DNA of 64,000 nt from Camelus ferus (GCF_009834535.1 NC_045704.1:67952001-68016000); one strand, 5' to 3'. Shown: positions 24,268 through 36,730, counted from the stretch's first letter. Made by a program: numbers and translations. The notes: generated by a model from the sequence alone, not told the origin.

Positions 24268-25909
24268 TGTCTTAGTTTATAATAATTAAGTCCACAGCAT
24301 TCTGCCCCTGACCAGCCCCCCCCCCCCGCCCAGTTCACATCCTTCTTTCATACAAAATACATTCATTCCATCCCAGCATTCCAGCATCAACTCTAAAGTC
24401 TTAAGTCCAACATCTCTTCTAGAACAGATATGGCTGGGACTTGTGGGGTGATTCATCCTGAGGCAACGTTCCTCTCCAGTTAAGAACCTTGGAAGTTAGG
24501 CAAATTATGTGCTTCCAGAATATAGTGGTGAAATGGGCATAAAATAGATAGTCCCTTTCCAAAAGGGAGAAAATGGAAAGAAGAAAGGGGGTGATGGGTC
24601 CCAAGCAAATTCAAAATCTAGCAAGTTAAATTCCACGGAATCTTGAGGCTTAAGAATAATCCTCTTTGGCTTGCTGTGCACCTTCCAGGGTGACTGGGGT
24701 AGCAGCTTCACTCCCACAGCTCTCGGGGCAGCCCTGCCCTTTGACTTGGTGGGGTGCCACTCCTGGGGCATTGAATGGAGGGAATCCTGGCCCCAGAAAC
24801 AGGAGAGGCAGCCTTGACCTTTGAAACCCAGGAGAAACTAGCCCTGCCCCCTGGGCCTCTGGTGGAAGAAGCAACATGATGATCTCTGAGTGGCTTTCAG
24901 GGTCATTCTTCCCGTCCTTAGGGAAAAGTGTGCATTTGCAGCTAAGTGGCTTAATGTCCCATCTGGTAAAATCTTTGTCTGGCAGTCATCCTTCATTCGT
25001 CCGCTTTCTCTGTCTCCCTTGGTTCAGACTGGCAGCGTCTCTCTTCATGGAGCCACACTTGATATTCTCTCCTGAACATGCTTTCCCATTTTTTGCAATA
25101 TGGACAGGCTGGGAATGTTCCAAATCTCTAAGTTCTGGTTGCTTTTTTCTTCCTTCCCTCTTCAGTTCATTTCTGTCTTCTCACATATTACTATAAGCAG
25201 TCAGGAGGCTCCAAGCTGCTACTTCAACACTTTGCTTAGAAATCTCAACTAAATTTCCAGTTTCATTGCTTTCAAGTTCTACCTTCCGCAGAACATTAGA
25301 ACACAGTTCAACCAAGTTCTTTGCCTCTTTGTAACTAGGACCACCTCTCCTCCAGTTACCAGTAGCATGTTCCTCATTACCATCCAAGATCAACCAAAAT
25401 TGCCCTTAATTGACCACGTTCTATCATGTACCTCAACACTCTTCCAGCCTCTACCTATTATTGAGTTCCAAAGTCACTTCCACATGTGTAGGTATTTGTT
25501 ACAGCAGCATTCCCCTTCTTGGCACCAAAATCTATCTTAGTTAGCTGGCCCTGCTATAACAATATAGCATGGACTGGGCGGCTAAATGATAGACATTCAT
25601 TTCTCATAGCTCTGGAGGCTGAGAAGTCCAATATCAAAGTGCCAACAGACTCAGTTCCCTGGTGAGAGCCCTTTTCTTGGCTTGCAGATGGCCATCTCCT
25701 TCCTGTGTCCTCACACGGTGAAGGGAGACAGCAAGCGCTCTGGAGTGCCGTCTTATAAGGGCACCAATCCCTTCAGGAGGGCCCCATCCTCATGACATCA
25801 TCTAAACTTAAATCACCTTTCAAAGGCCCACCTCCAAATGCCGTCACATTGGGTATTAGGACTTCAACATATGAATTTGGGGCAGGGGGACATGATTCAG
25901 TCCACAGCA
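24268..25909 (-). mobile_element. MaLR provirus MLT1A-like: intact LTR (25533-25909), internal region (24300-25532), collapsed LTR (24268-24299)
   Basis: Right LTR is a typical MLT1A (ttctcatagctctggaggctgagaagtcc...aggacttcaacatatgaattt...cagtccacagca); the internal 5' end reads gattttggtgcc on the minus strand; 5-bp TSD GTATA/GTAGA. Confidence 0.85.
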
Positions 25910-26869
25910 GTAGAGAGAAGGGAAACAGAGCATTCCTTCCTTTGGCTGTGACTTCCCTGCCTCGTCTCCAGCTGACTCATGTCATCTGTGGACTAAGAGG
26001 GAACAGGGTAAATCCTGTTTCCTGCCCATCTTCACCCTTATCCCAACAAACACATGCTTTGTTAATTTTACCAGACTACAACTTGAGCAAGTTATCTACT
26101 TCCCCTGAGGCTCCGTTTTCTGGTTTTCTTAGGGATAAGCCAATAGTACCAAAGTCCAGGGAGATAATATGAGTCAGAGCTAGAATCCAGAGGCCAGTGG
26201 CAAACTCAATAGTGTATGCCCCAAGTAAGGCTACTCAAGTGACTGTGATTGTTCATTTTAAATTTTAGAGGCCGAGTCTAACACATCTCTAGGCCAGACT
26301 TGGCCATGCCTGGACTAGATGGTCACTAAGTTATCTCCAAGCTTGCACTATATAAATTCGTGTTAGATTCTGATGGTGTTTTCCCCTACTCTTCCCATTC
26401 CTCAAGGTTCAGTGAAGATCAGGATACTTGTTCCATCCTCCTTCACTTAAAATATTTACTTAAGATTCTCTGGGATTGTGGTCAATGAGCTTAGATCCTT
26501 TTCTCTGACAGAAGCTTCCTTCAAATAGTAGCCATGCTGTTTGGCCTGAGGCAGGTTAGATTTGGAAATACGAAAATTCAAAAGTGCCCACTGAGATACT
26601 CACAGGGCCGGGTTATTGATGTCTGAATTGATTGGCTTTACTGACTTCATGATTCAAGGGCTGCTAAAGTGATAAACTCTGAAGGGCATTCAGTACTGCA
26701 TGTGAGAATTTTATGTAGGATCAGGTGATGACATAAAGTTTGGGCTCATTTTCTCTTTAGCAAGTTGTGAGATTATTGCACAAGATTTCAGGTCATCCTT
26801 TTGAATTTTAGGTTGAGTGTTTTTATACCACATATAAACCTAAAATCTGGAGCAATTCTGTTTGAAGTA

Positions 26870-26872
<3 letters not shown>

Positions 26873-26917
<45 letters not shown>
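26873..26917. repeat. (GT)n microsatellite
   Basis: About 22 GT units. Confidence 0.95.
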
Positions 26918-26918
<1 letters not shown>

Positions 26919-27699
26919 TGGTGATGACTAGATCAGGCAAGGTGTCCCCTGTCAGCATCTTAACTGTGACCTCCTGGGAACAGGGCTGTGCCTCTCAGTC
27001 TTTTGGTTCCCTTGGACTTGCTGATGATTTGGTGATGGGCCTACTGTTTTGTTTTGTTATGTTCTCGCCCCTGGACTACAATTGAACCCAACAGGAAAGA
27101 CACACTTAGGAGAAGGGCCACCAGAGCCTCCGCTTCACGGCCCTTCACCGTGGGCTCACTGGTCCTCAGCTCTGCACCTTCCTCCTCTGCTTCACTGCAT
27201 CATCCCTGGGCAGTCCTCACAGGATTGCGGGACCGTCACTGTCACAGGGCTTCGTCCCCTTTGCTGCTGCCCTGGCACCCCAGCCCCTCATTCGGTGGCT
27301 CACTGGTGGTCACAAGGCCCTCAGCCCCCCGGCTGTGGCTGTTCCTCCTGAATGGCTTTGTCGAGTCACTGGCCACCAGGGGCTTGCCACTTTCTATTCC
27401 AGTGATCACCTACTGAAGGGAAAGGTTCCTTTCCTCTTTAGTGTTTATAACGTCTTAGGCCACAGTACGAAGAGGCCTTGCTCACTGAGCTCTTGTCACT
27501 GGCCCTAACGGAGTATTATTTCAGTTTATTTGGAATTTGGCACAATTTCCCTTCACAGAGTTTGGGAGACAAATAAAGGGAATTTGTATAGTACTGCACA
27601 CCAATCATCCCTCCGGACTGCTGTCCCTTACAGGGTCCTTGATGGAGCGGAAGAGCCCTGAATCTCTCTTCCCTCAAGTGGATGGATGGCGCTCTCCAG

Positions 27700-27812
27700 C
27701 CTCCCCTCCCCCTCTCTCTTTCCCCTTCCTTTTCTCCCTTTCTTCCTCTTCCTTTACCTCTCTTGCTTCCTTCACCTCTCTTGCTTCCTTCTTCCCTGCT
27801 CTCATCCTTCCC
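27700..27812. repeat. Polypyrimidine tract with an 18-bp-period duplication
   Basis: acctctcttgcttcctt at 27756 and 27774. Confidence 0.85.
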
Positions 27813-28126
27813 TCTTGATTATTGATAGATGGGCAGAGGCAAGACCTTGAGGAAGCAGCTGGGAACTGACCACTAGGTTGAGGAGAGGCGGGGAGAGCGG
27901 ATCGGGAAGAAGCATTCACAGATTCTTGCCTCCAGGAGCGGCCACCGGCCCCCCTCCTGCCGGCCGAGGGGCGCTTGGCCACGCCCCCCGCTGCCGGGGG
28001 GGGGGGTGCTGGGGGCCTTGGAGGCGGTTTTCTTGCTCCCACAGACGTGATGCTTTTGAAACATCAACGTGAGGGGAGAGACTCCAGTACGAGACGGGGT
28101 TTGAGTCAAAGCCATGTAATTTTTTT

Positions 28127-28276
28127 TTTTTTAACATTTTTTATTGATTTATAATCATTTTACAATGTGTCAAATTCCAGTGTTCAGCACAATTTTTCAG
28201 TCATTCATGGACATATACACACTCATTGTCACATTTTTTTCTCTGTGAGTTATCATAACATTTTGTGTATATTTCC
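28127..28276 (-). mobile_element. Young 5'-truncated L1 insertion (camelid L1 tail) with a 15-bp TSD
   Basis: poly(T)-aacattttttattgatttataatc...ttttgtgtatatttcc flanked by ccatgtaattttttt at 28112-28126 and 28277-28291. Confidence 0.9.
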
Positions 28277-28556
28277 CCATGTAATTTTTTTCTACTGCAA
28301 ATAACCCAGAATGAGACCTGTAATATAAGATGAGGAACTAAAAACAAAATGGAAGCCCGTTTAATTTACCTGTTTGTCTTTGTGGGTTTAAGTTAACCCT
28401 GATTTTTGAGTTCCCATGCATTATTTTCTAATTAAAATACATCTATGTCTAATGAGTTTTCAGAATAATAAGGCATTTATAATACTCCAGTGGAGGGCAT
28501 TCTTTTCATTTTTCTTTACTTAGCAGCGTAATCAGGACCAACTTAGAAAGGTTAGA

Positions 28557-28787
28557 TGTGGTTAAAAGAAATTTATGAAGAGTGGCTATTAAGATATAGC
28601 GCGCATATATGCAGGACTGTGGTTAAATAATGGTAAGTAGGACGTGTTTATTAAAATGATGCGGGATTTTATCCCTTCATTCTTGATGTCTCTCAGTACC
28701 TGACATTATACTGCTGTGGTTTCCATGGAAACAGCACACACTCTTCCTTTCAGCTGACCTGAAGTTCAAGCCCTGCTGTTGCAACAG
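28557..28787. promoter_or_regulatory. Candidate enhancer: three RUNX sites plus a perfect RFX X-box
   Basis: TGTGGTT at 28557, 28618 and 28715; GTTTCCATGGAAAC at 28719-28732. Confidence 0.55.
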
Positions 28788-29259
28788 AGATTCTCAGAAA
28801 CACCTCCGCTTTTATTAAAAACAAAAATACCGAATCTATGCAAAAGTGAAAGCAAAAAAAGAGGGGAAGAAAATCCATTGACGGTATTGCAGAAAAGAGA
28901 AGAGAATGTGCAATATTTTCATTAAGAGGGAATCAAGAAACAATTTACTATGCTGGAGGTTGAGAGAGCCTGTCATTTCCTTCCCCTAAATTACCTTAGA
29001 ATTGATCCTCCTGAGCCTGCCGTAACATCTGCACCTTTCATTTCTAATTCAACGTGTTCTACTATTTTTAATTTTCTGGAAGTATCTCTTTTACTGATTT
29101 AAGAACTTGTTTCTCTGTGACTCACAAAAAATTGTTGATTTGGTCCATGAAGTTGTGTCCTTAACAAAGAGAGGTTGAATTTAGGGTGCGATTACTCGGA
29201 GAAGACATTTCACATGAGGTTACAAGGTGGGTCCTGTCCACAGCCTCCTTTTCTTTGGT

Positions 29260-29650
29260 TTAAGATACTTTGGGCTGCAAGTAACAAAAAACAAAACAAC
29301 TTAGATTGGTCTTTATAAGAAAGTGGATTCATTGGCTTATGTCACCAGAGGTTTCTGGAGGCATGGCTCAGTCTGCACCCTGAGTCTGTTCCTCTGGGGC
29401 TTTCTTGACTCTGACCTCTGGCCGGCTGCTTCCCTCTAGCAAAGTGCTTGAAGCAGTTACCCAGATTGCATCAGCCTGCTGCACAAGAGCAAGACGACGG
29501 GGACACCTTTTCCAGGATTCCCTATCAAGTAACTTCTTCAGTTCTGTTGTTCCGGTTGGGTCGAGGGCACACCCGTGAGTCAGCATCAGGGCAGGATATA
29601 GGATAATGTTGATTGGCTTTGGGCCTGAGGCACACGTTCCATTCCTGGGT
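29260..29650 (-). mobile_element. Old MaLR LTR (MLT1J-like)
   Basis: gatactttgggctgcaagtaacaaaaaac...ggattcattggcttatgtcacc...gattggctttgggcctgagg. Confidence 0.6.
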
Positions 29651-30089
29651 TACAGGGGGGTCAGCCTCTTCCAAATCATACGGGCTGCGTGGCAGTGGTA
29701 TGGGTATCAATATAAACTGGGGGAAATTACCAAGAGAAGACTGGATGGACGCTGGGCAATAGTCACTATCCACTATACAGGGCTGGCTGTTGCTAGAACC
29801 ACGAGTCTCAGACCACATTTCCACGGCGCCCAGCACCCACGTACCTCTACTGTCGATGTGAATCTCATTGTAATTCCAAGTCAGATCTCACATTTGAAAG
29901 AGAGATGTAGGTTAGAGTGCAATCAGTCTTGTATTTTTTCCTGTTCATGACTTAACCTTCTCAGTTTAACCCGATTTGGTGTTGCAGCCCGCCCTCCTGA
30001 TCACATGGTCTAGTCTTGCCCCGCTCCTCCTTTCTCCCGGAGTGTGTAGCTCGTTCACCACGCTGTGATGTGAATCTTTTTTGCTTGTT

Positions 30090-30190
30090 GTTTGTTATAT
30101 TCATTGATGCGTCCCAAGCACTTAGTGAATGGAATACACTCAATAAATACTTGCTGAATAAATGAATGGACTGAATAAATGAGTAATTGA
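30090..30190 (+). mobile_element. L2 3' end fragment
   Basis: cactcaataaatacttgctgaataaatgaatggactgaataaatga. Confidence 0.65.
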
Positions 30191-33100
30191 ATCTGGTCAG
30201 ATACTTTGTGGCCATTTACTAAGGCAATTCGAATGTTCTGATGTTTGACAATTGGAAATAGTGCCCAAATGCTATTTCTAAGGTACCGTTCCCCAGGGAT
30301 TTTTGTTCCAGCAAATTGTTATGCTCCTGTAGACGGGTGGCAATAACACCCAACCTGAATGTTATGAGAGATTTGTTTCTTGGGCTCTGAAGCCCCTGTG
30401 CTTGCCTGGGAATGAGAATGGTGGGACATGGGAAGGCATGGCTCTATCATAGGCTGCAACCCCCTGCTTCAGGCAGCCGGGATCATTCTGGGCTTGAAGG
30501 AGTTAACTGTGCTTCAGAGGCGCTCTCTGCTGGCCCCTGGAAGTGCCAGGGAGGCTCTCGAGGCACCGGCCTTCCAGCCTCTCAGGACAGTTTGAAGGCT
30601 AATGTCAACCTGAGAGCAAGATGTTTTCCTCAGTTTGGGGCAAAGCCCCCTTCTTTTCTCTCTGGTGTCTCTTCGGCCTGGACTGCGTGGCTTGTGCACC
30701 ACCCGAGCAGTGTCTTCACAGAGACAAAGGCTTTAACCATCTGTGGATTAAGTGATCACTGTTTGGGGTTTTCACTTGTCATCTCACTGTCTTTCTCCAG
30801 ATGAGAAGACTTTTTCTAAGGCAGATAGGTGAGTGGCTTCCCCAAGGGCAGGGATAACCCAAATGTAACCCAAATAAATTCCAGGACTCCGCTGATCCAG
30901 ACTTTGTATATTGTCCCATGCAAAGAAACACAAAAGAATTACACATATTTTGAATCTTTTTTTCAGTCCTTCAGGGAGATGACAAGGAGGAGAATGTATT
31001 CTGAGTAAGTGGCTGGAGCCAGCTCTTCTCTCCACTGCTTCCTTTCACAGCCAGTTTCACAGAGCCTGCAGCTGCCACTCCGCACCCCCCCCCCCCGTTT
31101 TCCTCGTATCATGCTCTGTAAATGTCTTCCAGAAACCCCACACGGTGGGATAAATGTCCCCCTTCCGCTGTGGAAGGGGGCGCCGTGAGGTCTTGGAGAA
31201 CAGCTGGCCCAGCCAGGCTGCAGGAGGGGGGCCGACAGACAGGAATTCAGATCCCCCCCCGACCCCACCAGCCTAGACCCCCTGGTTCCCTGCAGAGGGA
31301 CGCACCTGGAGCCCACTGAGGACTGTAGAGCGTCTTGTGGGCCGACAGCTTTCCCAGTGAGAAATCGTTTCTGGACATTCTGGTCGAATAAAATGCTGCA
31401 GCTCATGGCACAGTAACCTGTACATGCCAGGACCAAGACCAGACCGTAAAGTGTCTGGAGTGTGTGCAGACTCAGAGTGTGTCCCGTTTACACCCAGAAC
31501 ACAGTATATACACGGCAAATGTTTATTAAATAAATGAATATACGTAGGGAGAATTGAGATGCATAATTTGGGAAGAAAATGACATTAGGAGGAAAGAGAC
31601 AGAATAATTTCTACCTTCGTTCCTTCCTTCTTTTCCTACCAGAATGAGTAGACTTGACCATCTGCATTGAAGCAATGCACTGATTGATGGTTCCATTCTC
31701 CCGTTCACTTTGTGCAAGCCCTTTGTAATTTACTTTTATGTTCCGTCTCTGTTTTCTCTTCCTGTCACTTTCCCCCTCTCTTTTTCACTGTATGCATGCA
31801 AGTCATTTTCTGTTATATTGTTAATGGTCCAAAGGCCTCTGACAGGGTGGCAGTAAAATGACACAGCTAAGTGATAACGGATTTTAATGACTTAATGCGA
31901 TAATACTTCCTAATAGAAACATAGGCAGAGACAGGAGTGATATTTTAAGACATAAAAATGGAAAGTGCACCATGGAAAAGAGGGTCATGAAAATTGACTG
32001 GCCGGGAGGGGAGTAAGAAAGGGAAGGACGAAGTTGGTGAAGGTGCGGCCGTCAAAGAGATGCTGTTAGCACAGGGGAAACGTCACAGGAAAGAAAAATA
32101 ACATTTTGAAAGTACGTGAGAAAGAAAGAAAAGATGACAAAAGGGAAAAGATGGACTGGCTTCTTAGTAGGGAAAAAGAGCAAATAGGAAATTACAGAAA
32201 AAAGGAAGGAAGGCTTGTCTTGTCTAAGAGCCAGGCTCGGTGACAAAGGATAACAGCAAAGAAGAATACTTAAGGTAGTAACAGTCGACGAGGAGAGACA
32301 GAGCCGAGAAAGCAGCATTTCTCAAGCACCCGGGGCGGGAAAGCCGCTGCAGGGCACGCAAGCGGAGAACGGAAGTCGTGTGGGCCTGGCCAGCGTGTAT
32401 TTTTGAAACCTCATGGAAGGAATTTGAAAAGAGAAAGGCACAAAACTTTTATTTTTATAGCTTGATGAAAATGCGTCAACGTAAGTCACAGAGAGTGTGT
32501 GGATTTGGTGGGCTGCCTGGCTACTAAGGTAAACGTTTGGTGAAACTAATCAAACGGCTAAATGATCGCTGCATGGCCCGCGTGCCCCTTGGCTCCAGTG
32601 TGGGCCCCGAGGGGCCCCGGGCCAGGGTGCACCTGTTTCCATCCCCTCCTCTCACTGTGTACAGCCTCGCTGTTTACTACTCCCAGGTTGGCACAGACCC
32701 ACCTGCAGTGGACGTTTGCTTTGTCCACCAGTGTATCTGGCTCTCTTCTTCTCTGCACACACAGGGAGGGCTGTCCCTCCCCAGCCTTGTGCAGATGGCA
32801 TGAATGTGTCTGGGTAGAAATCTCCAAAGTCTAAGATGTGATTCTCTATGTTCTTTCTCCCCCTGTGTTGTAAAATATACTGTATTAACAGAAAATTGGG
32901 GGCCAAAAGATAAGGGGACAACTGACACTGAAAAGACAGTTTGCTAGTCCCAGTTCCCAGGAGAAAGAGACCTATCATGCCACGGGCATCACACAGGAAG
33001 CCCCGGGCTGGGTCAGGAGGCGGAGGGAGGGGAAGGAGCTGTGGGCGAGACCTTTCGTGGTGGTTTATGCCAGGAGGAAGGGGCATGGCAGGGGAGGCAG

Positions 33101-33589
33101 GCTTAGGACTGGCTGGCTTGAATGACTTTAGCAGACTCTGGGTGCAGGTGCCTGGCCCTGGCGTGATTAGGGCAGATGGGTAGTGGCCTTGGGGATGAAA
33201 GCCCCCAGGGAGGAGGCGGTTGGGTTGGTTGGTTTGTATTTGAAAGGGTCTGTGAGGAAGACTTCCTGAGGAGAGGGTGGTGGGCAGAGGGGCAGGGAAA
33301 GAGGACAAAGGCCAAAGCAAGATGACAAGCCTATCAGTGGGTTGTCCAGGCAAGGAGTGTTTAGCACATACACGTAGGACGGATGTTAAAACATCAAGGT
33401 TACAGAAGCTCGAGGCGTGGGTCACACACCCTCCCCCGGTGTTCAGGGTTGCACGTACTAATAAGGAGATGGCAGACGTCCAGAGCGCACGGAGTTCTGC
33501 CGCAAGGGGCTCACACCTCCCATGTCACTCTGAATGAGGGAGAAATAGGCTTTTGTTGTACTAAGCCATATTAATCTTGGTGGCTTAAT

Positions 33590-33865
33590 ACAACGGAAGT
33601 CGTGAGTTGGAGTCATGTGACTACTCCTGGCACTTGAACTACGAATGGAAGTGCCATGTGTGCTTTTGGATCAGAGCATTTTGGAGCCAGCTAGGTGTCT
33701 CCTCCATCTGTCTCTTCCCTTGTTGAGATGAGGCCATGTGTTCCAGATGGTATAGCTCTAAGATCCACAAGGCTTATCCAGGACACGATGGACTTTATGT
33801 GAGCAAAGCATAAATCGTTATTGTGTTAAGCCATTGAGAATTTGGGGTTTATTAGTTACCAAACA
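33590..33865 (+). mobile_element. Old MaLR LTR (MLT1H/I-like)
   Basis: gtgagcaaagcataaatcgttattgtgttaagccattgagaatttggggtttattagttac. Confidence 0.7.
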
Positions 33866-33984
33866 AAGATTAGGCAAGTGGTTCTCGAAGTGTGGTTCAG
33901 GAACTTCTAGGTGTCCCTAGAACTCTTTTAGGGGGTTTGGTAGGTGAAAACAAGTTTCATAATAGTGCTAAGATGTTATTCTAG

Positions 33985-34870
33985 AATCTTGAATTCTAAC
34001 AAACATTTAGAGAAGATTTAACACTATCTTTCTGAAACTATTCCAAAAAAACTGCAGAGGAAGAAACACTTCTGAACTCATTCTATGAAACCACCATCAC
34101 CCTGATACCAAAACTAGACAAAGATATGACAAAAAAAAATTACAGGCCAATAGCACTTATGAATATAGACGCAAAAATGCTCAGCAAAATACTAGCAAAC
34201 TGAATCCGACAATGCATTAGAGGGCTCATGAGCCACGATCAAGTGGGGTTTATCCCAGGGACGCAAGGATTTCTCAGTATCCACATATCTATCAATGTGA
34301 TACACCCAGTTAACAAAGTGAGGAATAAAAACCAGTATGATCATCCCAATGGATACAGAAAAAGCTTTTGACAAAAATCAACATCCATTTATGGTAAANN
34401 NNNNNNNNNNNNNNNNNNNNNNNNNNNNNNNNNNNNNNNNNNNNNNNNNNNNNNNNNNNNNNNNNNNNNNNNNNNNNNNNNNNNNNNNNNNNNNNNNNNN
34501 NNNNNNNNNNNNNNNNNNNNNNNNNNNNNNNNNNNNNNNNNNNNNNNNNNNNNNNNNTCGACATAGTTTGGGAATTCCTAGCCACAGCAGTCAGAGAAAA
34601 GAAAGAAAGAAAAGGAATCCAAATTGAAAAGGAAGAAGTAAAACTGTCGCTGTTTGCAGATGACATGATACCTATACATAGAAAGCCCTAAAGTGGCCAC
34701 TGGAAAACTACGAGAGCTCATCAGTGAATACAGTAAGGTTGCAGGATGCAAAATTAACATACAGAAGCCTGTTGTATTTCTATACGCTAACAATGAAATA
34801 CCAGAAGGAGCAATTAAGGAAACAATCCATATACCATCGCATGAAAAGAATAAAATACCGAGGAAAAAAA
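33985..34870 (+). mobile_element. L1 ORF2 reverse-transcriptase fragment (disrupted, no 3' UTR)
   Basis: Encodes LFADDM at 34650-34667 and SKVAGCKINIQK; stops and frameshifts; contains gap 34399-34557. Confidence 0.95.
34399..34557. other. Assembly gap (159 N)
   Basis: Run of N. Confidence 1.
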
Positions 34871-35989
34871 GAACGTTTTTACTTTCATTCTCTCGTGATC
34901 ATAGAGCAGTTTTCCACGAGCTGTCCAGCATGTGATGCTGTCACTGATCTGACTGATGTCTGATGGAATGTGTCTTTGTGTATTCTTGTGTTTAACAGTA
35001 TCTCTGCTTCAATTTCTAATGTGGTGGATATTGACAGGAATAACCCACATAAACAAAAGCTCTTTAGGAATCTTTAAGAATCTCTAAGAATCTAAAGAGG
35101 TCTTGAGACAAAAGAGTTTGAGAACCACTGGATTAATCTACCTTGCCTAGTACAGAAATTACACTGGGCAATTTGGAGTGGGATGTGGTGATCCCAATCT
35201 TTGTTGTTCTTAAATTTAACTTTCAAAGCTTTTTTTTTAATGAAAGGAGTGCAGAATAAAAGATGAATGCATTTTTAATTCAATAAAGTACTTGATAAAA
35301 AAAATTTTTTAGGGGACTGAAAGAGATTTGGAGTTGATGGGGGCAGAAGTCAAAAGACTGGACCACAGAAAAATTAATGATACACAACATAAGGAACTGT
35401 AAAGCAGGCACATTTTATTGCCAACTATCAGTGGATAATTTCTAGCCATAACATTAGCAAGGATTGTAGTGAATAAACTATGAAAAGATAGGCAGGTAAA
35501 TTTAAGAGGCTGGCTGTGTTGTGTCTTTCCTAATTTATTATTAAAGAAATAGATTTGATAAATCACATAAAAAATCTTTATAGAACTTTTATATATTAAT
35601 TATTATAAATTCTTATAACCCATAAAAAAGAATTTCAAATATAACCTCCATTTTATAGATGGAATTGGCATTCCCTATTAGAATCAGAATTTGAACTTTG
35701 GAATTTTTCACTCCAGTGCCTTTACTTTGTTTATGATGCAAGCTGGCGTGGTGAAATTATCAAGGCGGGATAAACAAAGACGGAATTAGCGTGGGGTAGG
35801 GGAGGAAGTCGTGGCATTTTTTCTGACATTTTGTTTTTGAACAGTTCCCCCTGAAATGCCATTTCCACCTCAAAGATACAGTGCAAGTTTTCAGCAGACT
35901 TGTGGCTTGTTACTCTTCCTTCAGACTCAATTCAAACATCTTCAGTGGCTTCTAATTGTCTGAAACCATTTAAGATTCTTCTTTGTACA

Positions 35990-36730
35990 TTTAGTCACCA
36001 AATACTTATTAAGTTCCTGTTACCTAGGAGACACTGTCCTGGATGCTGGAGATACAGCATCCCTGCCCTCTTGGAACTCACAGTGAAGATGGAGGCTAAG
36101 AACGAACAAGATAAATATATTTTTAAAAAGCCATATGTAAGACCATGAAAAGTGCAAAGGAGAAAAATAAATCAAAGAAGGGGGCGTGTGGGTGTTGGGG
36201 GGATGCAGTTCTCAACAAGGCAGCCAGAACAGGCCTCCATGCGAAGGGGGCGTGTGGGAAGAGACCTGAGAAAGGGAGCTTGGTGGATCTCCAGAGGAAT
36301 TGTTTGTGGATGGGAGAGAAAGAGAGGAGTCCAGGATGACGCCACGATTTTTGGCCTGAGCCCCTGGAAGGAAATCAGCTAGAATGAAGAAGGTTGAAGG
36401 AGGAGCTGACATAGCAAAGAACACCCAGCAGTTACGGTACTCGCAGAGCCTGGCTGCCTGTTAGACTGCAGTACAGGTGCTCTGTGGGCGACTGGATGTG
36501 TATGTCTGGAGGGCAGGATGTGCACCGGAGATGTAAATTAGGGAGTCATCAGAATAAGGATGATACTTAAAACCACAAGAGTGGATAAGATCATGAAATG
36601 TGTGTGTAAATAGAAAATGGAAGAGGCCCAAGGACTGAGCTCCCAGCTTTGTTATTTAAGGGGGTGGGGGAGAAGAAGAGGAAGAAAAAGCAAAGGAGTT
36701 TGAGATGGAGCAGTCAGTGGGGAGGGCTCA
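35990..36730 (-). mobile_element. L2 LINE fragment
   Basis: caccaaatacttattaagttcc...ctggatgctggagatacagc...ggagatgtaaattagggagtcatcag...gagctcccagc. Confidence 0.8.

Larger units (their letters stand above)
33876..35130 (+). mobile_element. Non-autonomous hAT-Charlie (Charlie1-like) element split by an L1 fragment
   Basis: Termini aagtggttctcgaagtgtgg... and ...gagtttgagaaccactg; 8-bp TSD GATTAggC/GATTAatC; left piece 33876-33983, right piece about 34875-35130. Confidence 0.8.

Noticed and set aside
27370-27383. TGGCCACCAGGGGC CTCF-like motif; similar partial matches near 5715 and 44766
   Set aside because: Mismatches in the invariant GGC part of the core
32652-33425. Longest gap-free ORF (257 aa, minus strand)
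   Set aside because: Pro/Ser/Leu-rich, no recognisable domain, overlapped by similar ORFs in other frames; expected by chance in GC-rich DNA
34693-34935. 80-aa ORF with a reverse-transcriptase-like sequence
   Set aside because: Part of the disrupted L1 ORF2 fragment; not a retron, DGR or domesticated RT
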